A DNA stretch of 42,225 bases from an uncultured Gammaproteobacteria bacterium (GTDB taxonomy: Bacteria; Patescibacteriota; Microgenomatia; UBA10105): NCBI GenBank assembly GCA_964387625.1, contig CAYLWN010000004.1:1-42225 (forward strand). Reading direction: 5' to 3'. Below the pieces are notes generated by a model. It saw nothing but the letters and a program-made list of their open reading frames with translations, made no database searches and was not told the DNA's origin. A program made the translations under genes and the position numbers. Below, piece by piece: positions 1 through 9,549 of this stretch. Each line of letters begins with the position of its first letter. The stretch's first letter is position 1.

Positions 1-37
1 ATCAGGATGACAATATGAAAATGTTATAATAAATTTT

Positions 38-958
38 ATGGATAAAGGAGATTTACCAAAACCACCAGAAAACACTCAATTTGTTGATGGATTTTTAACT
101 AATGCTTTTGTACAAGTAAAAAATCTACCTCCAAAAAATACCATTTGGAATGGAATTCATTCAAAGCCTTTTACAAAAATATGGAATTATTTAGACAAAC
201 AACTTCATCAAATTAGAACAGATCTATCAAGTGGAATATTAAAACCAATATTCGATATGGATCCACAAGATGATATCATTTATAAGACACTAGGAAATGA
301 TAATAAGAAACAAGTTGATGCCTTACAAGTTACAAAAAAGGAACTAATTAATATGTATATTCAAAGACAGATCTCTAATATTTCAAAACAAGTATTAACT
401 TCAGGAGTACTTGAAGTGCCTCAACAATATTATAGACAAAAAGGTCAAAGAATGTGTGAGACTGCAAATTTCTGTGCAATTTTTCATCAAATTACAGGAC
501 ATGCAATTTCTGAAGATGAAATTATTAAAGCAGCTAGTAAAGAAGATTTAGTTCATGAAGGAGAGTTTGGTCAATCAATTAAGGAAGATATTTTATATAA
601 CTTATTTCAAACGCCAGCTTTTAAAGATGCTTTTCTAGGAATTGACGTAGAATATGATAATTTCTTTGGTTTTGATTTTGATGATATTAAAAACTTAATT
701 GATCAAGTTAAACAAAATTCACCTAACGTGCAATTTTTTTGTACTACTTCTATTGAATCTGAGTTATTAGAAAATGGGTGGCACGATGTAATACTTTTAT
801 CTGCAGATGAAAATCAGGTCACTATTCATGATCCGTCAAAAAGATTTGGAAGTGCTTTTAGGCAAATACCTAAAGAAGATTTTATAAAAAGATGGGGTAA
901 AACTGCTTTATCAGGAAAATTAATTATCGTAAACAAACAGGAAAGAAATATTCATTAA
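38..958 (+). CDS. Hypothetical cytoplasmic protein with a possible C39-like (papain-fold) cysteine peptidase domain
   Basis: 306-aa ORF with no signal peptide or TM. The C-terminal half has the C39-like residue order: Q...QRMCETANFCAIF (Gln then Cys), then about 110 aa later GWHDVILLSADENQVTIHDPS (His, Asp/..DP), with RW near the end. Motif-level assignment only. Confidence 0.45.
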   Translation: MDKGDLPKPPENTQFVDGFLTNAFVQVKNLPPKNTIWNGIHSKPFTKIWNYLDKQLHQIRTDLSSGILKPIFDMDPQDDIIYKTLGNDNKKQVDALQVTKKELINMYIQRQISNISKQVLTSGVLEVPQQYYRQKGQRMCETANFCAIFHQITGHAISEDEIIKAASKEDLVHEGEFGQSIKEDILYNLFQTPAFKDAFLGIDVEYDNFFGFDFDDIKNLIDQVKQNSPNVQFFCTTSIESELLENGWHDVILLSADENQVTIHDPSKRFGSAFRQIPKEDFIKRWGKTALSGKLIIVNKQERNIH

Positions 959-2241
959 TCCAATTTCCTCGGAAACCAGAGGGAGCGGACTTCGCCTATC
1001 AAATATAACGAGCCAGTGATGAGGATGGGTAAATTGTATTTGCGGGCCAATATTTGGGCTAGTTTAACTGCTTTGTGAGAGTTAAATTCTACAGCAGCAG
1101 GAATATTATAAGTTACTTTGGCGAGAGTTTGTGGATTATTGCCCAATTTAAAATCACCATCAGTTGAGGTAAAAAATTTGGTAAAAATAAACTGTTTGGT
1201 TAGGGGGGATAAATACTTAATCATGGTTTTGTATTGTTTGCCTTTTTTGACAGCAATTACTATAATAAATTTTTGATTTGGATAAAGTTTTATTAACGAA
1301 GCCACTAAAGCTTTCATTTTTGCACTGTTATGTGCTCCGTCTAATATAGTTAAGGGATTATTTTGGATAATTTCTAATCGACCAGCAATAAAAGCATTTT
1401 GTGCAGCTTTCGAAAAAGCTTGATTTAATTTTGAATTTAAATTAGGAAAATATTTGTTAATAAATATTTTGGTAGCTTCCTGAGCCAAAGTAAAATTCAA
1501 TTTTTGAAAATGGCCGGGAAGCTTTGGTTGTATATTTGATATTAAAAAATCCCGATCAATTAATTTAAGTGGAACATGCAAACTTTGGCAATATGCAATT
1601 ATTATTTTGCGTAACTTTGGTTGCATAATTCCGGCAACTGCACCCGAAGACCCTTTTTTGATAATTTGCATTTTATCTTGGACAATTAATTTTGTAGTTC
1701 GTCCTAATAAATTAGTATGATCCAGAGAAATATTGGTAAGAATTGCTACAGATGGAGGAATGATATTGGTGGCGTCTAATTTACCACCTAATCCGACTTC
1801 AATTACTGCTACATCAATTTTTGACTTTGCAAAATATAAAAAAGTCATGGCAGTTAAAATTTCAAAATAGGTTGGTTGTCCATATTGTGTATTTTTCATT
1901 TGTTCAACAATTGAAGAAATTTGATTTAGCAATTTGATAAGTTCTGTATTTTTTATAGATTGATTATTGATTAACATTCTTTCAGTTAAAAGTTGTAAAT
2001 GCGGAGAAGTATGTAAACCCACTTTTAACCCCAATTCAATCAATATTTGTGATGCAAAAGTAGCAGTTGAACCTTTGCCTGAAGTTCCGGAAACATGGAT
2101 GACGGGATATTGATTTTGCGGATTACCTAACAGATTGCAGAAATATTTCATCCGCTCTAGCTGCATAGTTTTATGTTGGAATATTTTGTCAGGAATAAAA
2201 GTTTCCAAATAATCTCTGGCTTGTAAATATGTAGTGATCAT
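955..2241 (-). CDS. folC: Folylpolyglutamate synthase / dihydrofolate synthase (Mur ligase family)
   Basis: 428 aa. P-loop VIHVSGTSGKGST, EVGLGGKLDATN, ILDGAHN. Typical FolC length and motif order. Confidence 0.9.
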   Translation of the reverse strand: MITTYLQARDYLETFIPDKIFQHKTMQLERMKYFCNLLGNPQNQYPVIHVSGTSGKGSTATFASQILIELGLKVGLHTSPHLQLLTERMLINNQSIKNTELIKLLNQISSIVEQMKNTQYGQPTYFEILTAMTFLYFAKSKIDVAVIEVGLGGKLDATNIIPPSVAILTNISLDHTNLLGRTTKLIVQDKMQIIKKGSSGAVAGIMQPKLRKIIIAYCQSLHVPLKLIDRDFLISNIQPKLPGHFQKLNFTLAQEATKIFINKYFPNLNSKLNQAFSKAAQNAFIAGRLEIIQNNPLTILDGAHNSAKMKALVASLIKLYPNQKFIIVIAVKKGKQYKTMIKYLSPLTKQFIFTKFFTSTDGDFKLGNNPQTLAKVTYNIPAAVEFNSHKAVKLAQILARKYNLPILITGSLYLIGEVRSLWFPRKLD

Positions 2242-2247
2242 TTCTGA

Positions 2248-2955
2248 TTATTTTACCTGATTTTCTGATGGGTTGAATGATGCGCTGGGGGATGATTGAG
2301 AAAGAATTCCATCAAGCTTGATGTCCTCTTTTTTCAAAGGTAAAACTTCGATGGGATTTAAGGGAATATTATTTTGATAAATTTCCAAATGCAAATGATT
2401 ACCGGTTGACCATCCGGTTGAACCAACATGACCAATTAATTCTCCCCGGGAAATTTTTCTTCCCGTGACAATTGAAATTTCACTTAAATGTGCATACAAA
2501 GATTTCATATTATGTGGATGTGAGATTAAAACATTTTTTCCATAACCAAAAATACTGTATCCGGCTGACTCAACCACACCTTCGTCAATTGCATAAACAG
2601 GTGCTCCTAAATTGGTGGTTAAATCAACTCCCGGATGCCAAAAAGAAAAAAATTGGGAAATTTTGAAATCTACTAAAGGAGTGACAAAAGTAGTTTTAGT
2701 ATCCACATCCTGGGAAATTTCTGTACTGTCTACCTTGGCTTCTACGTCAGCTAAGCTTAAAAGGTTTGTAGCTGCAGGAGAAACAATACCGTTAAAAACT
2801 ACTAAGCCCAACAAATTGATACCGATAAATCTCTTGATTTGACGGTTTTCAAATATTTTACTTGCCCAAAGACTTGCAACGTTGCGACCGTTTCGGAATT
2901 TGAAAAAGGGCAGATTATGAAATTTTTTCATGATGTTTTTTAACATAGGTACCAT
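2248..2955 (-). CDS. M23 family metallopeptidase (peptidoglycan endopeptidase), membrane-anchored
   Basis: N-terminal TM (FIGINLLGLVVFNGIV). M23 zinc motifs HPGVDL and GSTGWSTGNHLHLEI. Confidence 0.9.
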   Translation of the reverse strand: MVPMLKNIMKKFHNLPFFKFRNGRNVASLWASKIFENRQIKRFIGINLLGLVVFNGIVSPAATNLLSLADVEAKVDSTEISQDVDTKTTFVTPLVDFKISQFFSFWHPGVDLTTNLGAPVYAIDEGVVESAGYSIFGYGKNVLISHPHNMKSLYAHLSEISIVTGRKISRGELIGHVGSTGWSTGNHLHLEIYQNNIPLNPIEVLPLKKEDIKLDGILSQSSPSASFNPSENQVK

Positions 2956-3160
2956 TAAAAAATCCCCTAAAGGGGGATTTTGAATAAATCGTATCTATGT
3001 CAAGAACAGGGCTGTATTATAGCATAAAACACTACCTTGAGCAAATTGGGGGGTGGTGGGGGAAGCTGTAAAAATTGCCAGTAACAAAGATAATGGAAAA
3101 ATTGCTAAATATAGCCATTTGTGCTATAAATTAGTACTTACAAGGCAGCTTTTGATAAAT

Positions 3161-4060
3161 ATGCAAAAAATTATCTTGATTGTTTTAGGCTTAATTTTAG
3201 TAATTGGCGGAGGGGCATATTTATGGAAAACCCGTATAAACCGAGGTTTATCAGGTTTGCGCATTGAATCCATTCCTGAGTCTGAAGTCACTTTGGACGA
3301 TAAAGACTTGGGGAAGACCCCAATTGATTTAAAAGATTACAAACCCGGAGAATACACCATCAAGCTTTCTGCTGGTTCTTTAACTTGGGAAAATAAAATC
3401 AAACTTATACCCAATGTTGAGACATATATTAAAAGAGAATTGGGCGAAAGCGAACGTTCATCATCAGGAGTTATTTTAACTTTAGAAAAAAACTCCAGTA
3501 GCAAAACTGAACTGGCAATAGTCACTACGCCTGATGGTGCGACTGTTACATTGGACGGGGAAAATAAAGGTAATACTCCCTTAATGATTTCCGATAAACC
3601 TCCTGGAAATTATCAGTTACAAGTGTCAGCAACAGGTTATAAATCTCAATTGGTAAAAATTAAAATTTCCTCAGGTTATAAATTAAATGCTATGTTTGAG
3701 TTAGCCGTTGATGAGACATTGCCGCAAGCATCACCGTCACCGTCTTCTTCAACCAATCCTAAAACCAGTCCGCAAGCTACTCCTAAAACATCACCGACTG
3801 CATCTTCTTCTGCATCTCCAAAATTGAAATCCACACCGCCTCCAAAACCGTATATTCAGGTTTTAGAAACTCCGACGAATTATTTAAACGTTAGGAAAGA
3901 ACCGAATAAATCTGCAGAAATATTAACTAAAATTTATCCAACCGAATATTATCCATATTTGGATGAACAGGGCAGCGGAGAAGATATATGGTATAAGATT
4001 TCTTACGGTGACAGTCAAGAAGGTTGGGTGTCTGCACAATACGCCAAAAAATTCGAATAA
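3161..4060 (+). CDS. Surface protein with two PEGA domains, a Pro/Ser/Thr linker and a C-terminal SH3b-like domain
   Basis: The ORF is open from 3053, but the ATG at 3161 precedes the TM MQKIILIVLGLILVIGGGAYLW. PEGA-like segments: IESIPESEVTLDDKDLGKTP and VTTPDGATVTLDGENKGNTPL. PST-rich linker. C-terminus YLNVRKEPNKSAEIL...GWVSAQY resembles bacterial SH3. Confidence 0.8.
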   Translation: MQKIILIVLGLILVIGGGAYLWKTRINRGLSGLRIESIPESEVTLDDKDLGKTPIDLKDYKPGEYTIKLSAGSLTWENKIKLIPNVETYIKRELGESERSSSGVILTLEKNSSSKTELAIVTTPDGATVTLDGENKGNTPLMISDKPPGNYQLQVSATGYKSQLVKIKISSGYKLNAMFELAVDETLPQASPSPSSSTNPKTSPQATPKTSPTASSSASPKLKSTPPPKPYIQVLETPTNYLNVRKEPNKSAEILTKIYPTEYYPYLDEQGSGEDIWYKISYGDSQEGWVSAQYAKKFE

Positions 4061-4065
4061 AACTT

Positions 4066-5007
4066 TTAGCCCCCGATGACGTAGATAATCAATATGGTAA
4101 ACATTCCCCAAAGTATGATAGTAGTTAAAAGCGGTAGATCTGATGTAAGAATTTTTTCAGGGGATTCACCTTTACCTTCATAAATCAGCTGCATGTAACG
4201 CATAATTCCAAATAAGACTAAAGGAATAGTGGCCATTAACCATTTCCGGTCTGATGGAAAGGTATCAATTATAAAAGACCGATATAACCATTTTGATTGC
4301 GGAGGTCTTTCCAGAAATGAATAAAATGCATAAGTGATCCAAGTTGAATTTGCAAACATAGCAGTATAAGTATCTAACAATTTCTCAGAATAATTTAATA
4401 ATGTTGCCCTAGTTGTCGGCATTTGTGAGCCGCCCATATTTTGAATCAAAGTTAATTCTGCCCGACGTTTTCCAATAGCCAAAAATAAAGATAGTGAAAA
4501 GGCTGCCAGTGCTAACCATACAGAAATATGCCAGCCGGTGGCTGCTTCGCCGGCGTAAACACGTAAAAAATAACCCAAAGCAATGATCAAAATATCGACA
4601 ACTGCAAATTGTTTAAAAACCAAAGTATAGCCAAATGCGAGCATGGTAAACAAAGCACTAATAAGTAAAAAATTTGTATTGATTTGTGATGCTGCAAAAA
4701 GACTCACCAGCAACATGCTAAAAGATAAAATAATCGCAATTTGAGGTGAAATAATTCCTGATGCGATAGGCCGGAATTTTTTAAAAGGATGCTTACGGTC
4801 TTTTGGCGCATCCATAACATCATTAAACAAATAGTTGCTGGAAGAAATTGCGCATAAAATTACAAAAACTTTTAGACTGATTCCAAAAAGCAGGGGATTG
4901 AATAATTGTCCGGTAAACATAATGGGTGCAAAAACTGCCACATTTTTTAACCATTGCCGGGGTCGGACAGCTTTAAACAAAGTCCAAAATATATTTGATT
5001 TGATCAT
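4066..5007 (-). CDS. UbiA-superfamily prenyltransferase, decaprenyl-phosphate phosphoribosyltransferase (DPPR synthase)-like
   Basis: 313 aa, polytopic. NDVMDAPKDRKHPFKKFRPIASG matches the NDxxDxxxDRxHPxKxxRPIAxG signature of DPPR-synthase-type UbiA enzymes. Confidence 0.8.
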   Translation of the reverse strand: MIKSNIFWTLFKAVRPRQWLKNVAVFAPIMFTGQLFNPLLFGISLKVFVILCAISSSNYLFNDVMDAPKDRKHPFKKFRPIASGIISPQIAIILSFSMLLVSLFAASQINTNFLLISALFTMLAFGYTLVFKQFAVVDILIIALGYFLRVYAGEAATGWHISVWLALAAFSLSLFLAIGKRRAELTLIQNMGGSQMPTTRATLLNYSEKLLDTYTAMFANSTWITYAFYSFLERPPQSKWLYRSFIIDTFPSDRKWLMATIPLVLFGIMRYMQLIYEGKGESPEKILTSDLPLLTTIILWGMFTILIIYVIGG

Positions 5008-5013
5008 AGTTTT

Positions 5014-6084
5014 TTAAATTTCTTCAGCAAGACTGTCAGGTTTTTCAAAAATTTGTGCCAAACCCAAAATCAAACCTCCCAGTATTACGCCTATTCCTAT
5101 AAACACAAATATTTTTTGGTGACTATTAAGTGTCAGTGTTAATGTTCCGAGTATAGCCGAAACCATCCAATAAAACAACGCAATTCTTCTTTTTCCCCAA
5201 CCTAAATCTAGCAAACGGTGATGCAGGTGAGATCGGTCTGCTTTAAAAGGAGATTTTTTAGAAATTATCCGGCGGAACAATATATATGTAGCATCCATCA
5301 TGGGTATTGCTAAAATTATCAAAGCCGATCCGACCTTGCCTCCGGATAAAATAGCGATAATAGCCAGTAAAAAACCAGCTAATGCCTTACCTCCATATCC
5401 GGGCATTATTTTTTGCGGATAAAAATTCCAGGGCAAAAATCCTAAATATGCACCGGCTACCACAAAAGCTAAAGTAGCAACTGTGGTTTGTGATAAATCA
5501 TGAGCGGAAAATTTCCAACTCATAATGCCCAATATCAATGCTGTAATTACTACAAATCCCGGCATTTGACCGTCAACCCCCGAAGACCAGCCGACAATAT
5601 TCATAGTCCAGACAATCCAAATAATTGCAAACAAATCAGCCCATACCAATATTGAATGTTTTCCCAAAAATTCAAAACTAATCCTTAAAGTATCCAAGTG
5701 GATAATTCCGCCTAAAGGGTTAGTAATAAATGGAATACCGATACCGGAACCAACTACAATTGCCGCCACTAATATATTTGCACTAAACCTGAAATAAGGT
5801 GATAAATCTTTCCAGTCGTCCCATAAACCAAGAGCCACATTTAAAATAGCACCGATGATAATTCCTATAAGTGCTTTATTTACGGGTAGAAAAATAAGAA
5901 TGGGTATGATAATTCCTAAAAGTAAACTTAATCCACCGGCTCTAGGAATGCAGCCTTTATGAGTGTGAGCAGGATGAATTCTGACTTTGGGATTATCGAT
6001 TAAATTAAAACGGGTTGCCAATTTAATCACCAAAGGTACAGTTAAATAAGTTATTGCAAAAGCAATTATTAAAGCTAATAACAT
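5014..6084 (-). CDS. Glycosyltransferase family 4 polyprenyl-phosphate sugar-1-phosphate transferase (WecA/MraY family)
   Basis: 356 aa with about 10 TM. GLWDDWKDL (DDxxD-like), MNIVGWSSGVDGQ (NxxNxxDGxDG-like), IPRAGG near the N-terminus. Confidence 0.85.
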   Translation of the reverse strand: MLLALIIAFAITYLTVPLVIKLATRFNLIDNPKVRIHPAHTHKGCIPRAGGLSLLLGIIIPILIFLPVNKALIGIIIGAILNVALGLWDDWKDLSPYFRFSANILVAAIVVGSGIGIPFITNPLGGIIHLDTLRISFEFLGKHSILVWADLFAIIWIVWTMNIVGWSSGVDGQMPGFVVITALILGIMSWKFSAHDLSQTTVATLAFVVAGAYLGFLPWNFYPQKIMPGYGGKALAGFLLAIIAILSGGKVGSALIILAIPMMDATYILFRRIISKKSPFKADRSHLHHRLLDLGWGKRRIALFYWMVSAILGTLTLTLNSHQKIFVFIGIGVILGGLILGLAQIFEKPDSLAEEI

Positions 6085-6088
6085 AAAT

Positions 6089-6463
6089 TTATATAATTAA
6101 TAGAATTATCCTAATTATTGCATAGACCGACATCAAAACTAAAACAGTTGCGGATATGGTCAATATTTGAGCATAAAGCCGGGAAACAGAGCGAATAAGT
6201 AAAATGCTAATTGATAGAAAACAATAGATTACTAAGGTTAATCCTAAAAATATTCCAAAACTGAAAGGATTGGTTAATTGTTCTTCTCCCCAAGGTAAAG
6301 AGTAAAATAACGGTAATTGAGGCGGCAGCTGTTTCCAGGTAAATATTAATAATAATAAAGTCAACCCAATGCTTATAAAACTTATGCGCGTTGACCAAAT
6401 AAACAGGGGATCTTGCCAGGATAGATTCATTTTAGTTTTTATATCAGTGAAATTTATAGCCAT
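6089..6463 (-). CDS. Small integral membrane protein (3-4 TM), unknown function
   Basis: The ORF is open to 6499. The internal ATG at 6463 avoids overlap with the upstream GT39-like gene, which ends at 6468. Hydrophobic helices throughout. Confidence 0.5.
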   Translation of the reverse strand: MAINFTDIKTKMNLSWQDPLFIWSTRISFISIGLTLLLLIFTWKQLPPQLPLFYSLPWGEEQLTNPFSFGIFLGLTLVIYCFLSISILLIRSVSRLYAQILTISATVLVLMSVYAIIRIILLII

Positions 6464-6467
6464 ATTT

Positions 6468-7763
6468 TTAAAGCGTTGAAACAATTTTATATTCACCATC
6501 TTCCGAGATCACAAATGCTCTTTTGGGAAATTTCGGATAAGTTGATTCCCAAACAGATTGAGGCATACCGTCTGAGCCGACATATTTAGGAGGAGTAATG
6601 CCATAAGGATTATACAATCTCACAACTGCGGGGGATTTTGAATAATATAAACTTTCAAAAAAGACCAAAGGAGTTTGGGCATATATCAGGTCATTATTTT
6701 GGAGTAGAGGAGTAATTTGTTCAAAAGTAATTCTTATATTTACTTTGCGGTGAAAATCTGAAGCCAAGAAATTCAAAATAAAAGTGATAATCAATACTGA
6801 TGCAATAATGATATGTCTATATTTATTAGTTTTTAACGTAGCAAACCAAAGTGATACTAATAATATTTGTCCAACTGTAATAAAAATTAAATAGCGGTTG
6901 ACATAAATCGGTTTAAATAATGATATTCCCAAAACCAATGCCAGAGGTAAAAATACCCAACTTAAAATTAACCGAGAAACTGGTTTGTATTGGTTGGTTT
7001 TAAAAATAGAAATTGAAATAAGAATTAATCCTAAGGAAATTGCTGACATAATTATCCATAAGCCTCCAGGAGTACCTTCATATCCGGTATACAGATTACC
7101 CAATACAGAATTAAATAGATTGATATCCACTGGGAACATCCACATTGGTCCGCTTTGTTTGAATTGGGCAAGTAAAGTGGGTAACCAGGGTAAATAAAGC
7201 AAGCCCAATAAAATAAAATTTTTAACCATTGGTTTTACTTGTTTGGTAATATAAAAATAGGGGATTTGAGACACAGCAAATATTGCCATAAAAGGTTGGG
7301 TATACAAACCTAAAGTTGTAAATACAACATACCAAAACCAATTTTTAGTAAACAGAAAATAAACAGATGCGGTTGCAAAAAATGCAAATAGAGAATACAT
7401 ACGCAGTTCAAAAGCATAATAAATAAGCATTGGATTAAATGCTGCCAGCAAAAGTGTAATTAATGCCTGATTTTTATTGCGGAATATTTTTAGACTAAAT
7501 TTATAAATAAAAATTAATAAAAACAAAAAGAAAATTAATGATAATCCCCGTAAAATAATCTCGCTCCGGCCAAATAATTTCATCCAAAAATGCAAAATCA
7601 GGTAATAGAGTGGGGGATTAAAATCATGAGCAGTTCTGGCAATAACTTCTTTTACTCCATCTTGGGCAATCCAAACGGAAAACGCTTCATCACGCCATAA
7701 GCTTTGAGTCCAATAGAAGAGAGGTGTATGGCTTATCAGCCAATTAATCAAATTATTTAACAT
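6468..7763 (-). CDS. GT-C fold glycosyltransferase, family 39 / ArnT-like
   Basis: 431 aa, polytopic. N-terminal loop motif RDEAFSVWIAQ (the DE-type acidic motif of GT39/ArnT enzymes). Periplasmic-like C-terminal domain. Confidence 0.75.
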   Translation of the reverse strand: MLNNLINWLISHTPLFYWTQSLWRDEAFSVWIAQDGVKEVIARTAHDFNPPLYYLILHFWMKLFGRSEIILRGLSLIFFLFLLIFIYKFSLKIFRNKNQALITLLLAAFNPMLIYYAFELRMYSLFAFFATASVYFLFTKNWFWYVVFTTLGLYTQPFMAIFAVSQIPYFYITKQVKPMVKNFILLGLLYLPWLPTLLAQFKQSGPMWMFPVDINLFNSVLGNLYTGYEGTPGGLWIIMSAISLGLILISISIFKTNQYKPVSRLILSWVFLPLALVLGISLFKPIYVNRYLIFITVGQILLVSLWFATLKTNKYRHIIIASVLIITFILNFLASDFHRKVNIRITFEQITPLLQNNDLIYAQTPLVFFESLYYSKSPAVVRLYNPYGITPPKYVGSDGMPQSVWESTYPKFPKRAFVISEDGEYKIVSTL

Positions 7764-7876
7764 ATAATAAATAAGCTGAATAATAGACTTTAATATTAAA
7801 TATCAAAAATCAAATATAAATAAGTTTTATTTAATATTTTATATGTATTTTTAATTTTTAATATATGATATTTGAT

Positions 7877-9364
7877 TTATATTTTCTCCGTTAGTCTATA
7901 TTCCAATCTTTTTCCCAACATCAGTCTTGTATGTGCATCAAGTCCGGGAAGCGCTGAAAGGAAAAAAGACACTAAAGGTAAAGCCAGCCATTGAATATAT
8001 AGTCCTGGCAAACGCCAAACTTTGAAATCCTTGGGTCTGGCGGGCTTTGTTCTTAAATCTAAAATTATCATAATCACTAAAAATATGATACATACGGTAA
8101 GAATGGCTGAAGATATTTGGGCTAAATTATGTCCCAATACAGTACGGGCAAAATTTTGGTTTACCAGAGGAGGAATAGCAGAACCCAATGTTAAAATAAA
8201 CCAGTTTGATGGCCAGAGGATATGATTTTCAAATAATTGCAATACCCGCATAGTTTTTGGCCAAAAGGGAATTTCCGGAGAAGTTAAATATTTTTTCAAA
8301 ACATACGGCACATCAGATACCCCCCATGCCCAACGTTTGTGTTGTTCATATTGATTGACCATAGTTTTCCAAAACGTGGTAGATTCAGCAGCATCAGCCA
8401 GTGTCGGAATATAAAGCGGCATAGTTTTGACTTTATTTCCCAAAGCAAAATAAGTTTTAAAAAATAAATGGTAATCTTCGGGAATCACATCAACTCCCCA
8501 AAAACCTACTTGTTTAACTGTATCAAGACATACAGAATATGTGGAAAAATTGATTAACCTATTGGTTTGAGGTAGGACTGACAAATTGAAAATACTCGAA
8601 ACTGTATTGACTACTCGGGATGGAAGCGGTATCCGCCAAATATTTGAATAAAATAAAATTGCAGATTGATAAAAATGAAAATATCTTTCGTTATCATTTA
8701 AAAAAGTATAAGTTAAGTAGGAATAATATTTAGGATGAAGTAATGCATCAGCATCACAAGAAGTAACCATCACATTTTTCAAATCGAAACCCAAATTTTC
8801 CAGTTGCCCAGATACCCATTTACCAGCCCAAGCCATATTTGAAGATTTTCCGGATACCTCACCATTTATTTTAGGGTGTTTAGTAACCCAAAAATATTTA
8901 AAAAATTTAGCATATTTTTGCATTAAAATATCTGTAGTTTCTTGAGCATGAGGATCAATACTTTCAGTAGCTATGACTATAATCAAATTTTGTAAAGGAA
9001 AATCTTGTTTTGTAAGATTGTTTAAAGTATCTGTCAAAACTGATAGTGGTTCTTTATATTCCGGAATAATCACTACTTGATAAATTTGTTGCCAGGTTTT
9101 GGGAAACTTTATTTTCAATTCATTCATCCAATCAATTTTGGCATGGGCCGACATGGTAACAAAAGCTTTGATACCGTTATAAGCAAGCAGAAAAGATTTA
9201 TAAAACCAATACACATCAAAGGTTAAAACAAAATATGCCACTAGTGCCGGATGCCAAAAAGATAACCACAAGGGCATAGTGATCAAACCCCAGGCAAATA
9301 GGGGAATGATAATTTCAAAAAAGCGTTGCGATTTGGTCGGATAACGTTCAATTAAATTTTTCAT
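7877..9364 (-). CDS. Membrane-embedded family 2 glycosyltransferase (processive synthase-like)
   Basis: 495 aa. N- and C-terminal TM bundles flank a GT-A domain: VVIIPEYKEP, SCDADALL (DxD), QHKRWAWG (Q/RxxRW-like). Confidence 0.75.
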   Translation of the reverse strand: MKNLIERYPTKSQRFFEIIIPLFAWGLITMPLWLSFWHPALVAYFVLTFDVYWFYKSFLLAYNGIKAFVTMSAHAKIDWMNELKIKFPKTWQQIYQVVIIPEYKEPLSVLTDTLNNLTKQDFPLQNLIIVIATESIDPHAQETTDILMQKYAKFFKYFWVTKHPKINGEVSGKSSNMAWAGKWVSGQLENLGFDLKNVMVTSCDADALLHPKYYSYLTYTFLNDNERYFHFYQSAILFYSNIWRIPLPSRVVNTVSSIFNLSVLPQTNRLINFSTYSVCLDTVKQVGFWGVDVIPEDYHLFFKTYFALGNKVKTMPLYIPTLADAAESTTFWKTMVNQYEQHKRWAWGVSDVPYVLKKYLTSPEIPFWPKTMRVLQLFENHILWPSNWFILTLGSAIPPLVNQNFARTVLGHNLAQISSAILTVCIIFLVIMIILDLRTKPARPKDFKVWRLPGLYIQWLALPLVSFFLSALPGLDAHTRLMLGKRLEYRLTEKI

Positions 9365-9416
9365 AAGAATTGGGGAAAGAATAGCTCAATTTTAGCACAA
9401 AAACAGCAAGATAATA

Positions 9417-9537
9417 AACTCTAAATCCTAAACTCTAAATTCTAAAAAAATTCAAAATTCAAAATAACAAAATACGAATAGGGAAGGTAATGTTGCGTTA
9501 ATCCTAATTTAGGATTTCGAATTTCGAATTTAGAATT
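9417..9537. repeat. Family E AT-rich inverted-repeat element (E1)
   Basis: aactctaaatcctaaactctaaattctaaa ... tttaggatttcgaatttcgaatttagaattt. Confidence 0.7.
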
Positions 9538-9549
9538 TTTAATGCGCAG

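Noticed and set aside
2957-2981. Perfect hairpin aaaaaatcccc-taaa-ggggattttt with A- and T-runs on either side. It looks like a bidirectional intrinsic terminator.
   Set aside because: It lies between the 5' ends of two divergent genes (M23 peptidase and PEGA protein), so no transcript ends there. It could be an operator or a 5'-UTR structure, but I cannot support any specific call.
7846-7864. Identical 19-mer tatttttaatttttaatat at 7846-7864 and 22772-22790. Also a shared 14-mer caaaaatcaaatat at 7804 and 30080. These could be promoter or repeat motifs.
   Set aside because: They are pure A/T low-complexity sequence in AT-rich intergenic DNA. Chance recurrence or generic promoter/UP-like composition cannot be excluded without genome-wide statistics.
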